The notes under the pieces: model-generated
The model's database searches: none
Told to the model about the DNA's origin: nothing
What the model saw: only the letters and a program-made list of their open reading frames with translations
Made by a program: the position numbers and the translations under genes
Source of the DNA: Podarcis filfolensis
Lineage: Eukaryota
Direction: 5' to 3' (one strand)
Assembly: GCA_964270895.1 (NCBI GenBank)
Contig: OZ185448.1
DNA: 64,000 nucleotides
Shown here: piece after piece, positions 47,448 through 60,788 of the stretch
Position numbering within the stretch: position 1 is the first letter of the stretch
How the letters are laid out: each line of letters begins with the position of its first letter

Positions 47448-48293
47448 CACAGAGCATGCAAAACATACCGTACCTTTCCCTCAGAGAAAAAAGCAAATAG
47501 ACAAACAGAAAGCATCATCTAATCACTGTGCATGGCAAGCTTATTGTCAATGACCATTTATAAGATTCCTGGGTTTAGTGGGTTTCCTCATGCACCGCCA
47601 GGTTCTGGAGTCTGGGGGTATGAATCACCTGGGGAGCACCCAGTCGAAGAGTCACGTAGCAGAGGAGAGCACCCTGTGCTGGCATTGGTGACTCAGCTTG
47701 CTAGATCAGCCAGTCTCATCTTCCAGGGCTGCAAGCATTAACTGTGAATTCATGAAGGCTTTCATCAGCACAGCTGGGGCCTGGAGACATTCCTGGAATT
47801 ACGTCTTCTCAATCAGAAGGAAGGGAGGGGAGAGAGAAATTCAAAAGCAGGCAATAGTTCAGCCTTCCCAAGTAAAAATTCCAACCTTGCAACTCTTGCC
47901 AAGTTTCCCATAGGAGTCCAAATTACCAGCTGCTTTCAAAATTTCTGGCTGGGAGGTAGAGGCTTTTGATCAAGGAAGGGTCATGCTGGACATTTTCCAA
48001 AGGCCTCGCTATCTCACCCCAAACAAAAAAACTCAGTTTCCAGTTGGTTAATTGGCTGCTGTGGTTTGGAATTCCAGCAGGGCTGAGTTTTTAAAAAGGG
48101 AGGCCCACCACAGCCCTCAGATGCCGGTGGAAAGAAGGGTTGTAGTGAGGACACAGCACTTTGTTCATGCTCAGATAAAAGCACAGCCCAAAAGCACTGA
48201 TGAGCGCAGCTGACAGTGCCTGCAGCGTCAAGCAGAAAATTGCCCAGGTCCCCCACATGATGTCAGAGCTGCCTCATGGGACAATTAGAGGTG

Positions 48294-48641
48294 GCGGGTG
48301 GTGCTGTGGGTTAAACCACAGAGCCTAGGACTTGCCGATCAGAAGGTTGGCGGTTCGAATCCCCGTGACGGGGTGAGCTCCCGTTGCTCGGTCCCTGCTC
48401 CTGCCAACCTAGCAGTTCGAAAGCACATCAAAGTGCAAGTAGATAAATAGGTACCGCTCCGGCAGGAAGGTAAACGGCGTTTCCGTGCGCTGCTCTGGTT
48501 CACCAGAAGCGGCTTAGTCATGCTGGCCACATGACCCGGAAGCTGTACGCTGGCTGCCTCAGCTAATAAAGTGAGATGAGCACCGCAACCCCAGAGTCAT
48601 CCGCGACTGGACCTGACGGTCAGGGATCCCTTTACCTTTAC
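48294..48641 (+). mobile_element. Sauria SINE
   Basis: Same body with (ACCTTT)n tail. Confidence 0.9.
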
Positions 48642-50454
48642 CATAAGGAAGCCATCACACAAGCAACAGCACCTCCAGCAAAGCCCTCCCTAAACCAGCT
48701 GTTAAATATGAATTTTATTGAACCAGGGAGCTTGGCAGCCAGGTGGTAGTGCCTTCACTGCCTATTTGGGGCTTCCGGATTCCACCTTCATTTTGCCAAT
48801 CATGATACCACCTTGGCTATGTTTAACCTGCTCCTTTGTGAGCCTTGGATATCCATAGCGTAGTGGCAAATTCAGCAGTGCAGGGGTCCCTTTGTGATAG
48901 TCACAACCATGCTCCTTCTTATACAATAATCTGATAAATATACAATAGTAATAATTAGAGATGTACTGCAATGGTCAATGCAGATCTCCATGTATTTCAG
49001 CTGGATCTACTATTTTCTCAGCATGTACCTGGGCAAATGACTTGGAGTGCTCCAATATCTTCCTTTGGAGCGACTTAATTCATGTTTTCCTTGAAGTTCC
49101 ACTGCACATAACAGAAACTGAAAGCACCTTGTGTTTTCAGTGTTTCTGAATGCTTAGCTTTGGAGCATACAGAACATCTCCCCTTGTTTATTGAACCACT
49201 CCTGTGCATTTTCTCCAGAGCGAGAGTGGCTGACTCACCTCCTTTCACTCCAATCAGCTCCAAGGGTGATAAGACTTCTCCGTGGCTAAGAAGCTCCCTT
49301 TCATGCTGATTGGGTGGCTCTTGGAGCCTGGAGACTGGGACCCTGAAGAAAACCTGCTGCAGAAAGAGTAAGCAGGTCTTAGAACCCCCATGACCACTAC
49401 GCCCCTGGCTCTCCCTCATTCCTGCTACCTATTCTTGACCTCTCCCCTTCTCTCCCCCCCCCACGAGTCATCCATCATTTTCTTTTCACAGAACACAAAG
49501 CAACTTCCATCAGCCTGGTGTCCTCCTAGCTCTTATACTGCTGTTCTCAGTGGCCTTCATAGGAACCTGGATTTCAGTCAGTCTGTCTTCTAAAACAATG
49601 AATGATGGAGCAATTGTTAACCAATGAAATATAAAAAGGCTTGCTGCAAATGCAATTTTCCATTGACCCACAGTGTGCTCTCTTGTTTCACAGTTACATC
49701 TATACTGAAACAGCAACAATAATACTGTCACTGAGCTACTGGGCCCAATTCTGGCATATAAAGCCTTAAATGAGCTTTCTCTAATTCCAACCATCTCTGA
49801 CCCTACAATGGCAGACGAGGCCTTGTCGGTGCCATCACTGAAGGCTGTTTGCGCTGACTCGCGACAGGGCCTTTTTGGTGGTAGTCCCCTGGTTGTGAAA
49901 TGCCCTTCCTATTGAGGTCCCTGTCTCCATCATTACTGTTACACCCCTCAATCTCTGCTGAGCGGTAGCAAGATTCCAGGGGTTTCGGGCGCTCACTTAG
50001 GGCCATGTTTCTGTTGTGAATTCAGGGCATGGCGGAGGCTGTAGTTTTTTAAAGATATATGGTTTATTTTACAGCTATATACACCTGGTTCTGCATGGGG
50101 AGGAAGAGAGCTCACAGCATTACATCTCCAGAGATGTCTCTTCTCCCATAGCTTCAGCCAGCTTGAGTCCAGAGCACCCAGCCATGCTCTCCAGTCTCTG
50201 GCTTGCAACCTCTCCAGTCAACAGGGTGGGCATGCTCCCGAGGGGGGTGGCACGTGGTGCAGAGGGTGCCCTCCAAGGTGCAAGACAGCCACTCGGGTGC
50301 CCAGAGCGGTGCGCTCACCCTGAGGCCGGAAGGGTGGAGCAAGCTGCCCATGGCAGACATTTGGTGCGCCGCCTGCCCACGACTCCCAAGCCTCCCCCAA
50401 GCTGTTAAAACGAAGGAGGGAATGCCGTCAGCAAAGCAGTGCAGCTCCCCCACT

Positions 50455-50901
50455 TGTCAGGAGTTCAACTTACATTCGAGTAGGACCCCGGCATAGACAC
50501 ATGCCCAGCTGGCATGTTCTCTCCCTCCTGGTCGATCGTTCGGGAGCTTCATAATCTTTCTTCAGCCCAAACATCACAGCGACCGATGCTTACAGACGCC
50601 AGCACACTTAAGGATCTGCAGAGTTTGCACAGCTTGCATAATAGACCTCAGCAACTCAGCATTTTGGCTAATCTACTTTATTTACATATAAACACACACG
50701 GAGCACTGCAACGTGGCTCCCTCTCTCTCTAGCATCAGACAGCAAAGAGAAAAAGAACAAAGGACAATAGTCCCACTTCACGGAACACAGTAACACAAAC
50801 ATCCTGTCTCCATCACTTCCCACTATGTGCAGTCATAATATACACCATCATGTGATAGACAAAAATCCCATGACTGCAATCATGGAGCAGGCATTCTAAC
50901 A
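50455..50901 (-). mobile_element. Solo LTR (447 bp)
   Basis: TGTCAGGA...TTCTAACA termini, 5-bp TSD with one mismatch (CCACT/CCCCT), minus-strand AATAAA at 50677-50682. Confidence 0.65.
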
Positions 50902-52991
50902 CCCCTTACCCCGACGGCTCGGGGTAGGCTTGGGAGTCGCGGGTGGGTGGCGCACTAAATGTCACCCCCCGCAGTGAGGGCACCCGTGGCAGTCCACCAC
51001 CCCCTTCTTACGCCCCTGTCTCAGCATCCCTTGTCCCATGCAAAATGACACTCTTTTTTCCTGTCACCTCTCACCCCACCACCACCTTGGTAACCAGCCA
51101 ATTCTCATGTCTGCCCCCTCCTCAGAGCTGGAGGAACGACGGTTCTTCTGCATTGCCAATGGCCAAGTAGTGTTTCTTTAGGGCTCTACACTTGGCTAGC
51201 TTGCCCCGGCTGGGTTTGCATGAGCCGGCCCAAGGACCCCTTCTCTGGAGGAGCTGCAGCTTCCTGTCCTAATTATTTCCCCTTCCTATTCAAATTATTA
51301 GGTAGATTCTGACATTCATTAATTTATTGGGTTTAGCGGGGGTCTCTCCTCCCCTCGCAAACTTATAACATCATTAACTTGCAAGAGGAATCTGAAAACT
51401 TTCCTGTTAAACCAGGCGTTTGCTGGCTGAAGAATACTGCTCCTGGCAGCCTCCAGATCACTGAATTTTTTTTTAAAAAATGCAATTGTTTTTAGAAGGT
51501 TTGAGTTGGTTTTAGAATGTTTTTGCTTTGTTTTTGTTTTTAAATTGAATATCTGTTTTTGCCTCCCTGGGCTTCCCTAGAATGGTGAGATATAAATTCA
51601 ATAATTAAATAGTAAGCAATAATTCTCTTGCTTGCAGCCAGAGCCAGTGAGTGCAGCCCCTTAGGGCATAGACCTCAGAGGGGCAGAGTGGTGACTTTTG
51701 AGGGGCACAGTTTTATACATACTAGATTTTTTTAATATCTTATACGTTCCAGATAATATTTTACTTCTGTTTTCTATTTTGAAGAATTTAATCATTTTTA
51801 GACGGCATCTGTTTTTGAAAATTAACATTTTATTTTACTTTTGCAGAGGTGCAAGAGGTTACCGGTAAGTCTTGTCTTTGGTACAAAATAGCCTGGCATC
51901 AGCAATGCTTGAAGCACATGAGCCCACAGGCCAGTCTTCCCCAGTCTGGTGATCTCTAGAAATGGTTCGACCCCCAATGTGCATAAGCTCTGACCATTGG
52001 TCATGCTGGCTGGGGCTGATGGGAGTCATAGTCCAAAGCAGCAAATTGGGGAAGGCAGACCTAAACTTTCAGAAGTAATAATGCTTTGCTAAATAAATAT
52101 ATATATATAAAAAATGCTTTGCAACCCGCTGGAGATTGCACTCTTATTGCATTCTGCCTGCCTCCCTGTGCCTTCTGACAACCACAGAAAGCGCTAATTA
52201 GTGGGTGTTTTTAACAGTGCTCTGGAGACAAAGCTCTCAAAATATGATCATGTGCCCTGGCTCTGTTGCTACACCGTGTTTCTTTCACTCACTGCCAAAG
52301 GATTGTCCATTTTATTTTATTTTTGGAACCAGCTTGTTATTTCTGCCCATCCTTAAACAGATCCTCAGGACAAACGGGCAGATGGAGGCGGGTGTGTGTG
52401 TGTGCGTGTGTGAGTGAGTGTGAGTGGTGGTTAGAAGTCTTAGGTTTGTAACAGTAAAACAATTCACAATGTCTGAGGCCGTAATAGGGTTCCGCATCCC
52501 ACCTTCCTCCTGGAAAAGAAAAAAGAGTTCATGGAGGAGGCTGAGATAGTGCACATTATATTGGATGATACATGTTTGAATTTTGGCAACTTGTGTGGAA
52601 AAAGGGACCCATGCTGGCGAGGCTGTAATCTTACGTACTGACCTCACTGAGGATAATAATAATAAATTCTACCTCACTTTTCCATCATTCTTTCTGCAAC
52701 CCTTTCTTGTCTTATCCCCAGGTCAACTTTACCTCTCTGTCCCTTCTTATCTCAGCATGCTCTTCTCCTTGATTCTCTGCCTCTGTTTTTTTGCTCCCTC
52801 CTTCCTCCAGCTCCCTTTCTCCTCTACCAGCCCTCTCCTGGGGTCAGGCTGACTTTCTTCATGGGATGAGGATGTGGGATTCAGAGTAGGGGAGGGGATG
52901 ATCCACAGGGCCAGTCCCAGAAGCAACCTAACCAACTAGGAACCCTTCCCTAAGAAGAGCCTGTGGAGCCATCTCAGAAGCTCTAGGGCAG

Positions 52992-53239
52992 AGCCAGTTT
53001 GGTGTAGTGGTTAAGAGTGGTAGACTTGTAATCTGGTGAACCGGGTTCGCATCTCTGCTCCTCCACATGCAGCTGCTGGGTGACCTTGGGCCAGTCACAC
53101 TTCTTTGAAGTCTCTCAGCCCCACTCACCTCACAGAGTGTTTGTTGTGGGGGAGGAAGGGAAAGGAGAATGTTAGCCGCTTTGAGACTCCTTCGGGTAGT
53201 GATAAAGCAGGATATCAAATCCAAACTCCTCTTCTTCTT
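52992..53239 (+). mobile_element. Squam3-like SINE
   Basis: Highly similar to the 26467 copy. Confidence 0.85.
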
Positions 53240-54149
53240 TTCAAACTGTGATCCACGGACCCCCACGGTCCACGTGCTTCATTTAGGTAATCTGCCATGC
53301 ATCTGTGGATTTGTGGTTGAAGATGGAAAGCAACACAGCCATTGAATTATATATTCATATTGGTTTGAAAATAATGTTTTTATTGCTCCCTTTATTTCTT
53401 ATTGTAATACAATTTAACTTCCATAGAATTCAAATTGTCATACAATGTGAGGAATAAAAGAAGCAATAAAAATAAAAATAAAATTAACAGAGTGAATTAC
53501 AATTCCTACAACAGGCAGAAAAAATCATTAAGTGGTCCAACAAAACCCTCAGCAAATTTTGAAGTCATCTGTGGAGGGGAACTTTGGGGAACCTGTGCTA
53601 TACTGCTACCACTGTGAGCAGAGTAAATTACTGCTGGAGCAGATTTTAAATGAAGAGGCTCCTTTTGTGGAAGGCAGAGCTAGCAAGTGAGTAGGGGCTG
53701 AAGCTCCTCCTTAAAGCTCAGTCTGAGGGTGGCTGGTGCTGAAGCAACATTCAAGTTCTGCTCTTATGGAGTCTCCAGCCTGAGACCTGCATAGAGCTGT
53801 CCAGGGTGCTCCTGCCTTGTGTGAGGTCAGTGAAAGCGGGCCTTCTGACATCACACAAATGTGCAGAAGGCAGAGAGCTTAAAAGCTCTTTTCGTGCAGG
53901 GTTGTTGCCAGTGCAGAAAGAGCTCTTAAGCTTTCTGCCTTGCTTACCAGATTCTGGGATGTTCTTGTGCAGGCTCTGGGATGCTCTCATGAGATCTCAT
54001 AGCATCTTGGATAGCCCCACAAGATCTTGTGAGAGCATCCCAGAGCTCAGTAAACAAGACCCGCTTGGCGCATGGCTCTAGAAAGGTAAGGATGTTCATA
54101 TGGGGCTGGTTCCAAGGGGGTGGTTTAAGTAAATGTGTTTTTGTGTATT

Positions 54150-54383
54150 GTTGTACTTCGGGTTACAGACGCTTCAGGTTAGAGATGCTTCAGGTTACAG
54201 ACTCCGCTAACCCAGAAATAGTACCTTGGGTTAAGAACTTTGCTTCAGGATGAGAACAGAAATTGTGCTCCGGCAGCGCGGCAGCAGGCCCCATTAGCTA
54301 AAGTGGTGCTTCAGGTTAAGAACAGTTTCTGGTTAAGAACAGACCTCCAGAACGAATTAAGTTCTTAACCAGAGGTACCACTG
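54150..54383 (+). mobile_element. Tc1/mariner MITE, same family (left TIR degraded)
   Basis: gtacttcgggttacagacgcttcagg...aaccagaggtaccactgta. Confidence 0.85.
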
Positions 54384-55132
54384 TATATGAGCCATCCCTG
54401 GAACATAACTTCCACACAGGAAGTGATTATACTGTATTCTAGGTGTACCTCTCAGCTTGTAATTATTTGGTTGCTTGGGAGCATGGGAAGGTGCCTCATA
54501 CTGAGTCAAACTATTGGTCCATCTAGCCCAGTGTTGTAACTGCTGATTGGCAGCAGCTCTCCAGGCAAGGGGACACCCCCAGCTTTACCTGGAGATGCAG
54601 GACTTGAACCTGGGACCTGGGAACCTGAATGCAAAGCAGATACTTCACTCCTAGTGGCAGTGCCACCCAAAAAAAATATGTGTGCTGCCATGCCAGCGGT
54701 AATCCTCACTTCCTTGCCCCCCCTCTTCCCATGCACCTCCCTTCTCCCATGATTCTTCATTTTTTACACAAATAGAAAATTTAGGAAGTTAAAATAATGG
54801 ATTCAACGAGGAAAGAAAAATGCTCACCTACCTGGATTTCATTACAAAGGAACACGAGGAGTTGCAGTCAGTGTTAGTCATACTCAGAGTAGGCCCATTT
54901 AAATTAATGACCGTGACTGGCTTAGGTCAATTAATTTTAATGGGTCTACTCTGAGTAGGTCTTGGCTAGACACAACCCATTACAGGCAAGGCATACCCCC
55001 TGCTTGAGTTACTGGTGGTATAAATTCATGTCTGCATTTCAGCTTGAGATGTTTTGCAGCTTCCAAGGACCAAATGAATCCAGGTTTGCTCAGGGGTAAC
55101 GTATTTTCCCATGGTTATCTCCCCCCCCCCTC

Positions 55133-55201
<69 letters not shown>

Positions 55202-56690
55202 CATAACTGTATGTTCTGTAACAGCAGAGTGCTGATAAGAGAAGCAGACTGTAATTAACTGACATACTGTAATTAACTGACAAGCTATTTACTCCTATTT
55301 GTTTGTGGGACAGACTGTCCTGAACACACTGGCATGCTTAAATCAAAACCCAAAGCATTAGATCATGCAAGAGTCTTAGACTGCTGTTGCGCATGAAAGG
55401 AGAAATGGGTTGTTCTAGCCTTTTGGGCTTCCAGTTCATTGCAATTTGTCACCCCACCCCCACCCCCAGCAACGAATTTCCAGATGCAGTAGAGCTTCCC
55501 ATTGCTTCGCAGTTTCTGGGATGGTCTCCCGCAAACTTCATTTTTGCACCACTTTTCAAGATTGTCCATTGGAAAATCACCTTCAAGTCAGGGAGGAGTT
55601 TCATTAATGACTCACCATGTGGGTTCAGACGTGCTTCTGACACCCCGGCCGCAATTTGAGATAGTCTGTGGCTTGTGACATCTGAGGATGGAATGTTTCT
55701 GTTGGGATACCAGTCCACTCTCCAATAGTATACCCAGATTTCTGGCTACTTCACCAATTCTTACAGCACAGAGGAGGAACTAAAATGTCTGTTTTCAGCA
55801 GTACACTTCCAGCCTCTGTTTAGGTTCAGGACCTAAGCATATGTTAAATTGGAGGCAGACTGACCATTGCGTAATAATAGCAGTAGTTGTATGCATTAGA
55901 TCGATGCCTTATATTGTACAAAAAGAAAGGAAAGATACCGTAATTTAAAAAGAAATACAATTTCATCCATATACGTAAACAGGAAACATAAATATTATTT
56001 CATATTTTCATGTATCCTTCAGATACAAAATTATTTGATGTACTTTCTTAATTGACAAAAAGAGTCAGTTAAAGAGTGCTGCATACACTGACTTCGTTTC
56101 TTTGGTTACTATTACATTTTAAGCAGAATGTCAGATTATACGAGTGAAAATAATACATAAGGTTCAACACTATATTGGAATTTTAGTTTCCAACAATTAA
56201 CCAAGGGGCGGAATGTTTTTAAAAGAATTGAGAGAAGCACAGGGTTTCGCAGTTTCTTGCCTGAAGCGTACAGACCAATTTCTTTCACCCCATTGTTTTT
56301 CCTACATTGGTATCCTACCATTCTTCCATCTTGGAGCCCAAGGGGGTGTCTGTGTCCAGTTCTGGGCACCACAATTAAAGAAGGATATTCATTTTCTCTC
56401 TCATGACGAGAAGAGGAGCTTGGCTTGTGTTTTCTTTCAAGCAAATTCTGTAATAGGGTATGGAAAAACATCAATGCTGGTTTGAAAAAGGATAAGTGTT
56501 TATACATTGTTATAGGTGGGTTTTTTTTGGGGGGGGGGGGGTGTCAGTCAGCGGTCCCTTCCAAGTCTGTGATCCTGTGTATATGAGGTTTGAGGCAGAC
56601 TGTCAGACCAGTTTCTTTGGAAGATAATGGCCTTAGCTGGCCAGTTAAGTACTGCCATTTACATCTCCAAAGACGTTGCCCTGTTGCCAT

Positions 56691-56879
56691 TTTGTTGTTT
56701 AGTCATGTCCGACTCTTTGTGACCCCATGGACCAGAGCACGCCAGGCACTCCTGTCTTCCACTGCCTCCCGCAGTTTAGTCAAACTTATGCTGGTAGCTT
56801 CGAGAACACTGTCCAACTATCTCGTCCTCTGCCGTCCCCTTCTCCTTGTGCCCTCCATCTTTCCCAACATCAGGGTCTT
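56691..56879 (-). mobile_element. BovB/RTE LINE 3' fragment
   Basis: Same 3' end as 39105; 12-bp TSD CCCTGTTGCCAT (56679-56690, 56880-56891). Confidence 0.85.
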
Positions 56880-57927
56880 CCCTGTTGCCATAGAAACAAA
56901 CAATTGGTAGGCCCTTCTTCAACTCACCTGCCTGGATGCCATGGCATCTTGGGAGGAAGAACAACAGGCGGGGGGGGGGAGGCTGTGTGTGTGAGGGAGA
57001 GCGAGAGCGAGTGAGCGAGGAAGGAAGGAAGGGAGGGAGGGAGTTTTGGCTGAGGCTGAAAGTTGGAGACACAGAAACCTGTCCTGGATTCAAAGCTGTG
57101 ACAGGGCTTTCTTAGAAACATAATAGGAAGGCAAGTTCTATTGAGGTGTTAATGCCGTGAGCCCCTCTATCCTATGTTCAGGTTTTACAGATGAGTAAAT
57201 AAAACAAAAAATCCTAAAGACATCACAGTCTCCATTGACCTTCCTTCCAAGGAATCCAAACTCTGGGTAAGTGCTGGAACCCCTGTAGTTTCTCACTGCT
57301 CAGAGGTTGGGGTACATGTAACAATATGTTACATTTAAAACTGGGCATAATTCTTCCTTTTACAATCTCAGGTAAGTAGCATAGAATTTGATACCAGGCG
57401 CATAATTTAACATCTTGAGAATCACAGGTCTCATCATTTTTAAAAATAAGTTTCTAGGCCTTGTGTTTATTTGTGCATTTAAAGCATTTCCACCCTGTGT
57501 TTCTCCCCAGCTGGGGTACCAAAAAAATTGACAGCATAAACGGCCATAAAACCAAATTCAAATAAACCAAACATTGCAAAGGAAATTAAAAACAAAAAAA
57601 AGACATTCAGAGGAGCCATTATTAATTAACTAAGAGAAATAAAAAAAGAGAGCAAGCATCCTCTGAGAAGCTAAGCAATAACAAAACAATAAAGGCAGAG
57701 TGTACAGCCAAAAATATTAATAATGATGAAGATGCTCTTGAAATCGTGGAGGGCCAAAATCCAGAGGGGGGTGGGGCGTGTTAGAAAGAAGCCAGAGTCT
57801 GAGCAAGCCTCCTCCTTGTTTTCCAGAAGGCGATGAGTAAATGCAATGAAAGAAAATAGACCCAATTTGCCAAAAGCAAAAGTGAACAGAGCAACGGTTG
57901 CTGTTACTCTCACTTTGGTACCATACA

Positions 57928-58572
57928 CTACATTTGAAGGGGCTACCTTTGAAGGTGACCCAGAAATTACAACTAATCCAGAATGCGGCAGCTAGACTGG
58001 TGACTGGGAGCAGCCACCAAGACCACATAACACTGGTCTTGAAAGACCTACATTGGCTCCCAGTATGTTTTCGAGCACAATTCAAAGAATTGGTGTTGAC
58101 CTTTAAAGCCCTAAACAGCCTCGGCTCAGTATACCTGTAGTAGCGTCTCCACCCCCATCGTTCTGCCCGGATGCTGAGGTCCAGCGCCAAGGGCCTTCTG
58201 GCGGTTCCCTCATTGTTTTTTTTTTTTTTTAAATATTTTATTAAGGGTTTTCTTGTTTTACAGTGTAAGTGTAATGCCTCGTATTTTTTCCCCCTATGTA
58301 ACATTTTTACAAATCCGTTTGCGGTTCCCTCATTGTGAGAAGCAAAGCTACAGGGAACCAGGCAGAGAGCCTTCTCGGTAGTGGCACCTGCCCTGTGGAA
58401 CGGGCAGATGTCAAAGAGATAAACAACTACCTGACTTTTAGAAGACATCTGAAGGCAGCCCTGTTCAGGGAAGTTTTTAATGTGTGACATTTTAATGTAT
58501 TTTTAATCTTTGTTGGAAGCCGCCCATCTGGCTGGGGAAACCCAGCCAGATGGGCGGGGTACAAATAATAAA

Positions 58573-58615
<43 letters not shown>
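57928..58615 (+). mobile_element. L2 LINE 3' fragment
   Basis: LQLIQNAAARLVTG...HITLVLKDLHWLPV (L2 ORF2 end), 3' UTR gctggggaaacccagccagatgggcggggtac, (ATT)n tail. Confidence 0.88.
58217..58320 (-). mobile_element. Extremely 5'-truncated L1-type insertion (104 bp)
   Basis: Poly(T) plus reverse AATAAA; perfect 16-bp TSD GCGGTTCCCTCATTGT (58201-58216, 58321-58336). Similar to the 3' end at 42790-42900. Confidence 0.85.
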
Positions 58616-59670
58616 TCAGCCACGTGAAAGTCATTCAGCTTGCGCACCCAAGGTTCCCCACTGTTGAAGTGCATTGCTATGACTTGGGATATATATTCTG
58701 TATTTCTCTTGCTTCTCTCTCTCGCTTCCTTCGCCATTTTGAAAGGGAAGTCTCACCCCAAGAGACAGTTAATTTATTTTCAAAGCAACAAACTGTGCTA
58801 AGGGTTTGCAGAACATAACCTTTGCCCCAGGATTCCTGCTGGGCACTATCCAACCACTCATTTCTATTAACAAGTCACCTTGAAAACATCTGGTCAAAGA
58901 ATGGATCCCTTCCCCTCCCCAAAAAAAGGGGTGGTGGAAATTTTTGTGTGCTTGGAACCAAAGGGATTGACAAAAAGTTCTTTGTGAGGGGAATTAGAGA
59001 CAGCAAACATGGGGGAACTCGCTGAGCTTGGGAAGAAGCTGTTGGCTGATGATTTCTATGGCACGTTGTCCAACAATGCCTTGGCTAAGAGCAATGTTTA
59101 GAATTCATATTGACCTCAAACCGCTGTATTGCAAATAATAAGAATAGTAGTAGTAATAATAAAAAGTTTAAAATACAGTGTGTCTGACCCATAGCTAGGC
59201 CCTGTTAAAACCAGTTCAAAAGTCATAATTGCTAAGGTTATCAATAGCTACTGGCCAAGACCGCTATGCTCTGCCTTCACAGTCAGTGGCAGAAGCCACA
59301 GAAGTCACTAGAAGCTGAGGGAGGGGAGAGGACTCTTGTGCTCAGGTCCTGCTTGAAGGCTTCCCAGAAGAGTCTTCTGGTTGGCCACTGGGAGAAGAGG
59401 ACGCTGGCACAGATGGGCCATTGGCCAGATCCAGCAGGGTTTGTCTTATTACATCATATCCTTACCTCATTGCTTTTGGTAGAACTTAGTCACTCACGAC
59501 TAGCCAGGGCAGATGTGAGCAGAGTGGTTGGTGGCATATGCTGTGTGGTTGAGTCCCAGAGGAAATGCTTTGCAAAGCAACAAGAGCTACTGCTGGATCC
59601 GTAAGCCGACTGGGCACCTAGTCTCATTTCTCCCTGCACTGCGAAATGGTTCCAAGATGGTGGTGTAGAC

Positions 59671-59806
59671 CAGGCATAGGCAAACTCGGCCCTCCAGATG
59701 TTTTGGGACTACAACTCCTATGATCCCTAGCTAACAGGACCAGTGGTCAGGGAAGATGGGAATTGTAGTCCCAAAACATCTGGAGGGCCGAGTTTGCCTA
59801 TGCCTG
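59671..59806. mobile_element. hAT (Charlie-like) MITE, 136 bp
   Basis: Long terminal inverted repeats (TIRs) CAGGCATAGGCAAACTCGGCCCTCCAGATGTTTTGGGACTACAA; perfect 8-bp TSD GTGTAGAC (59663-59670, 59807-59814). Confidence 0.9.
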
Positions 59807-60101
59807 GTGTAGACGCTGCTGCCATGGGTCTTGGTCATGTGACCCCCCCATGGGTCCAGAGAAGGCACCATGTCCTCCCGCATCGCCAACCACTTCACTC
59901 TGAAAAGTTTCTCCAGTGTGGACATTCTCTAGGACAATATGATCAAGAAGATTGAAATTGCTAAGATATATTGATAAAGAGTGACTGGTTTCTGGTGACA
60001 TTAGAACACAGCTGATACTAAGTGAGCGGAAAACTCTAGAGCAGTACAGTGTGTGGCCAAATGGCTTACCTAGCCTGAAGCTCTGGATAAAGTGTGTCCA
60101 A

Positions 60102-60510
60102 TGCAGAGCCGTCTTTCCCATAGGGCTTAGTGGTGTGTCACTCCAGGGCGCCGGCCTCTCAGGGGCGCCCCAGCAAGTGGGGGAGCTGCCTCCTCTTTCC
60201 CTGCACGCCCGCCAGCTGCACCCCGCCAACCATAAGGCTGGCAGGCACACAGCTTCCCTCCCAAGCCTCTGCGGGGATCGGTCTCCTCCTAAGGGGGCTT
60301 GGGAGGGAAGCTGTGCTCTCCACCTGTGGAGGCTTGGGAGGGACGCAATTTCATTCCCAAGCTTCTGTGGGGATCGCTCTCCTGCAATGGCATGGGGGAG
60401 AGTTGTGCCCCCGGATGGCTGGCAGTGCGCAGCTATGGCCACCCCAACACTATCCATGGTAATTTTGGGGTGCTGGGCAGATATTTGCACCCCAGCACCG
60501 CATCTGCTAA
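60102..60510. mobile_element. Non-autonomous DNA transposon-like insertion within the AK3 retrocopy
   Basis: Interrupts AK3 codons between ...KVCP and IDT...; begins CAGAGCCGTCTTT and ends ...AAAGAC with a partly deleted right end. Confidence 0.55.
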
Positions 60511-60726
<216 letters not shown>

Positions 60727-60788
60727 TGAAACCAAACCTGCCCTTGAATATTATTGCCGGAAAGGAACAGAGGCCGACAATTCATAGT

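Noticed and set aside
56560-57330. Possible LTR hosting the BovB fragment
   Set aside because: It ends in TGTAACA and has an AATAAA, but I could not find a matching 5' TG terminus with a TSD, so it is not called.
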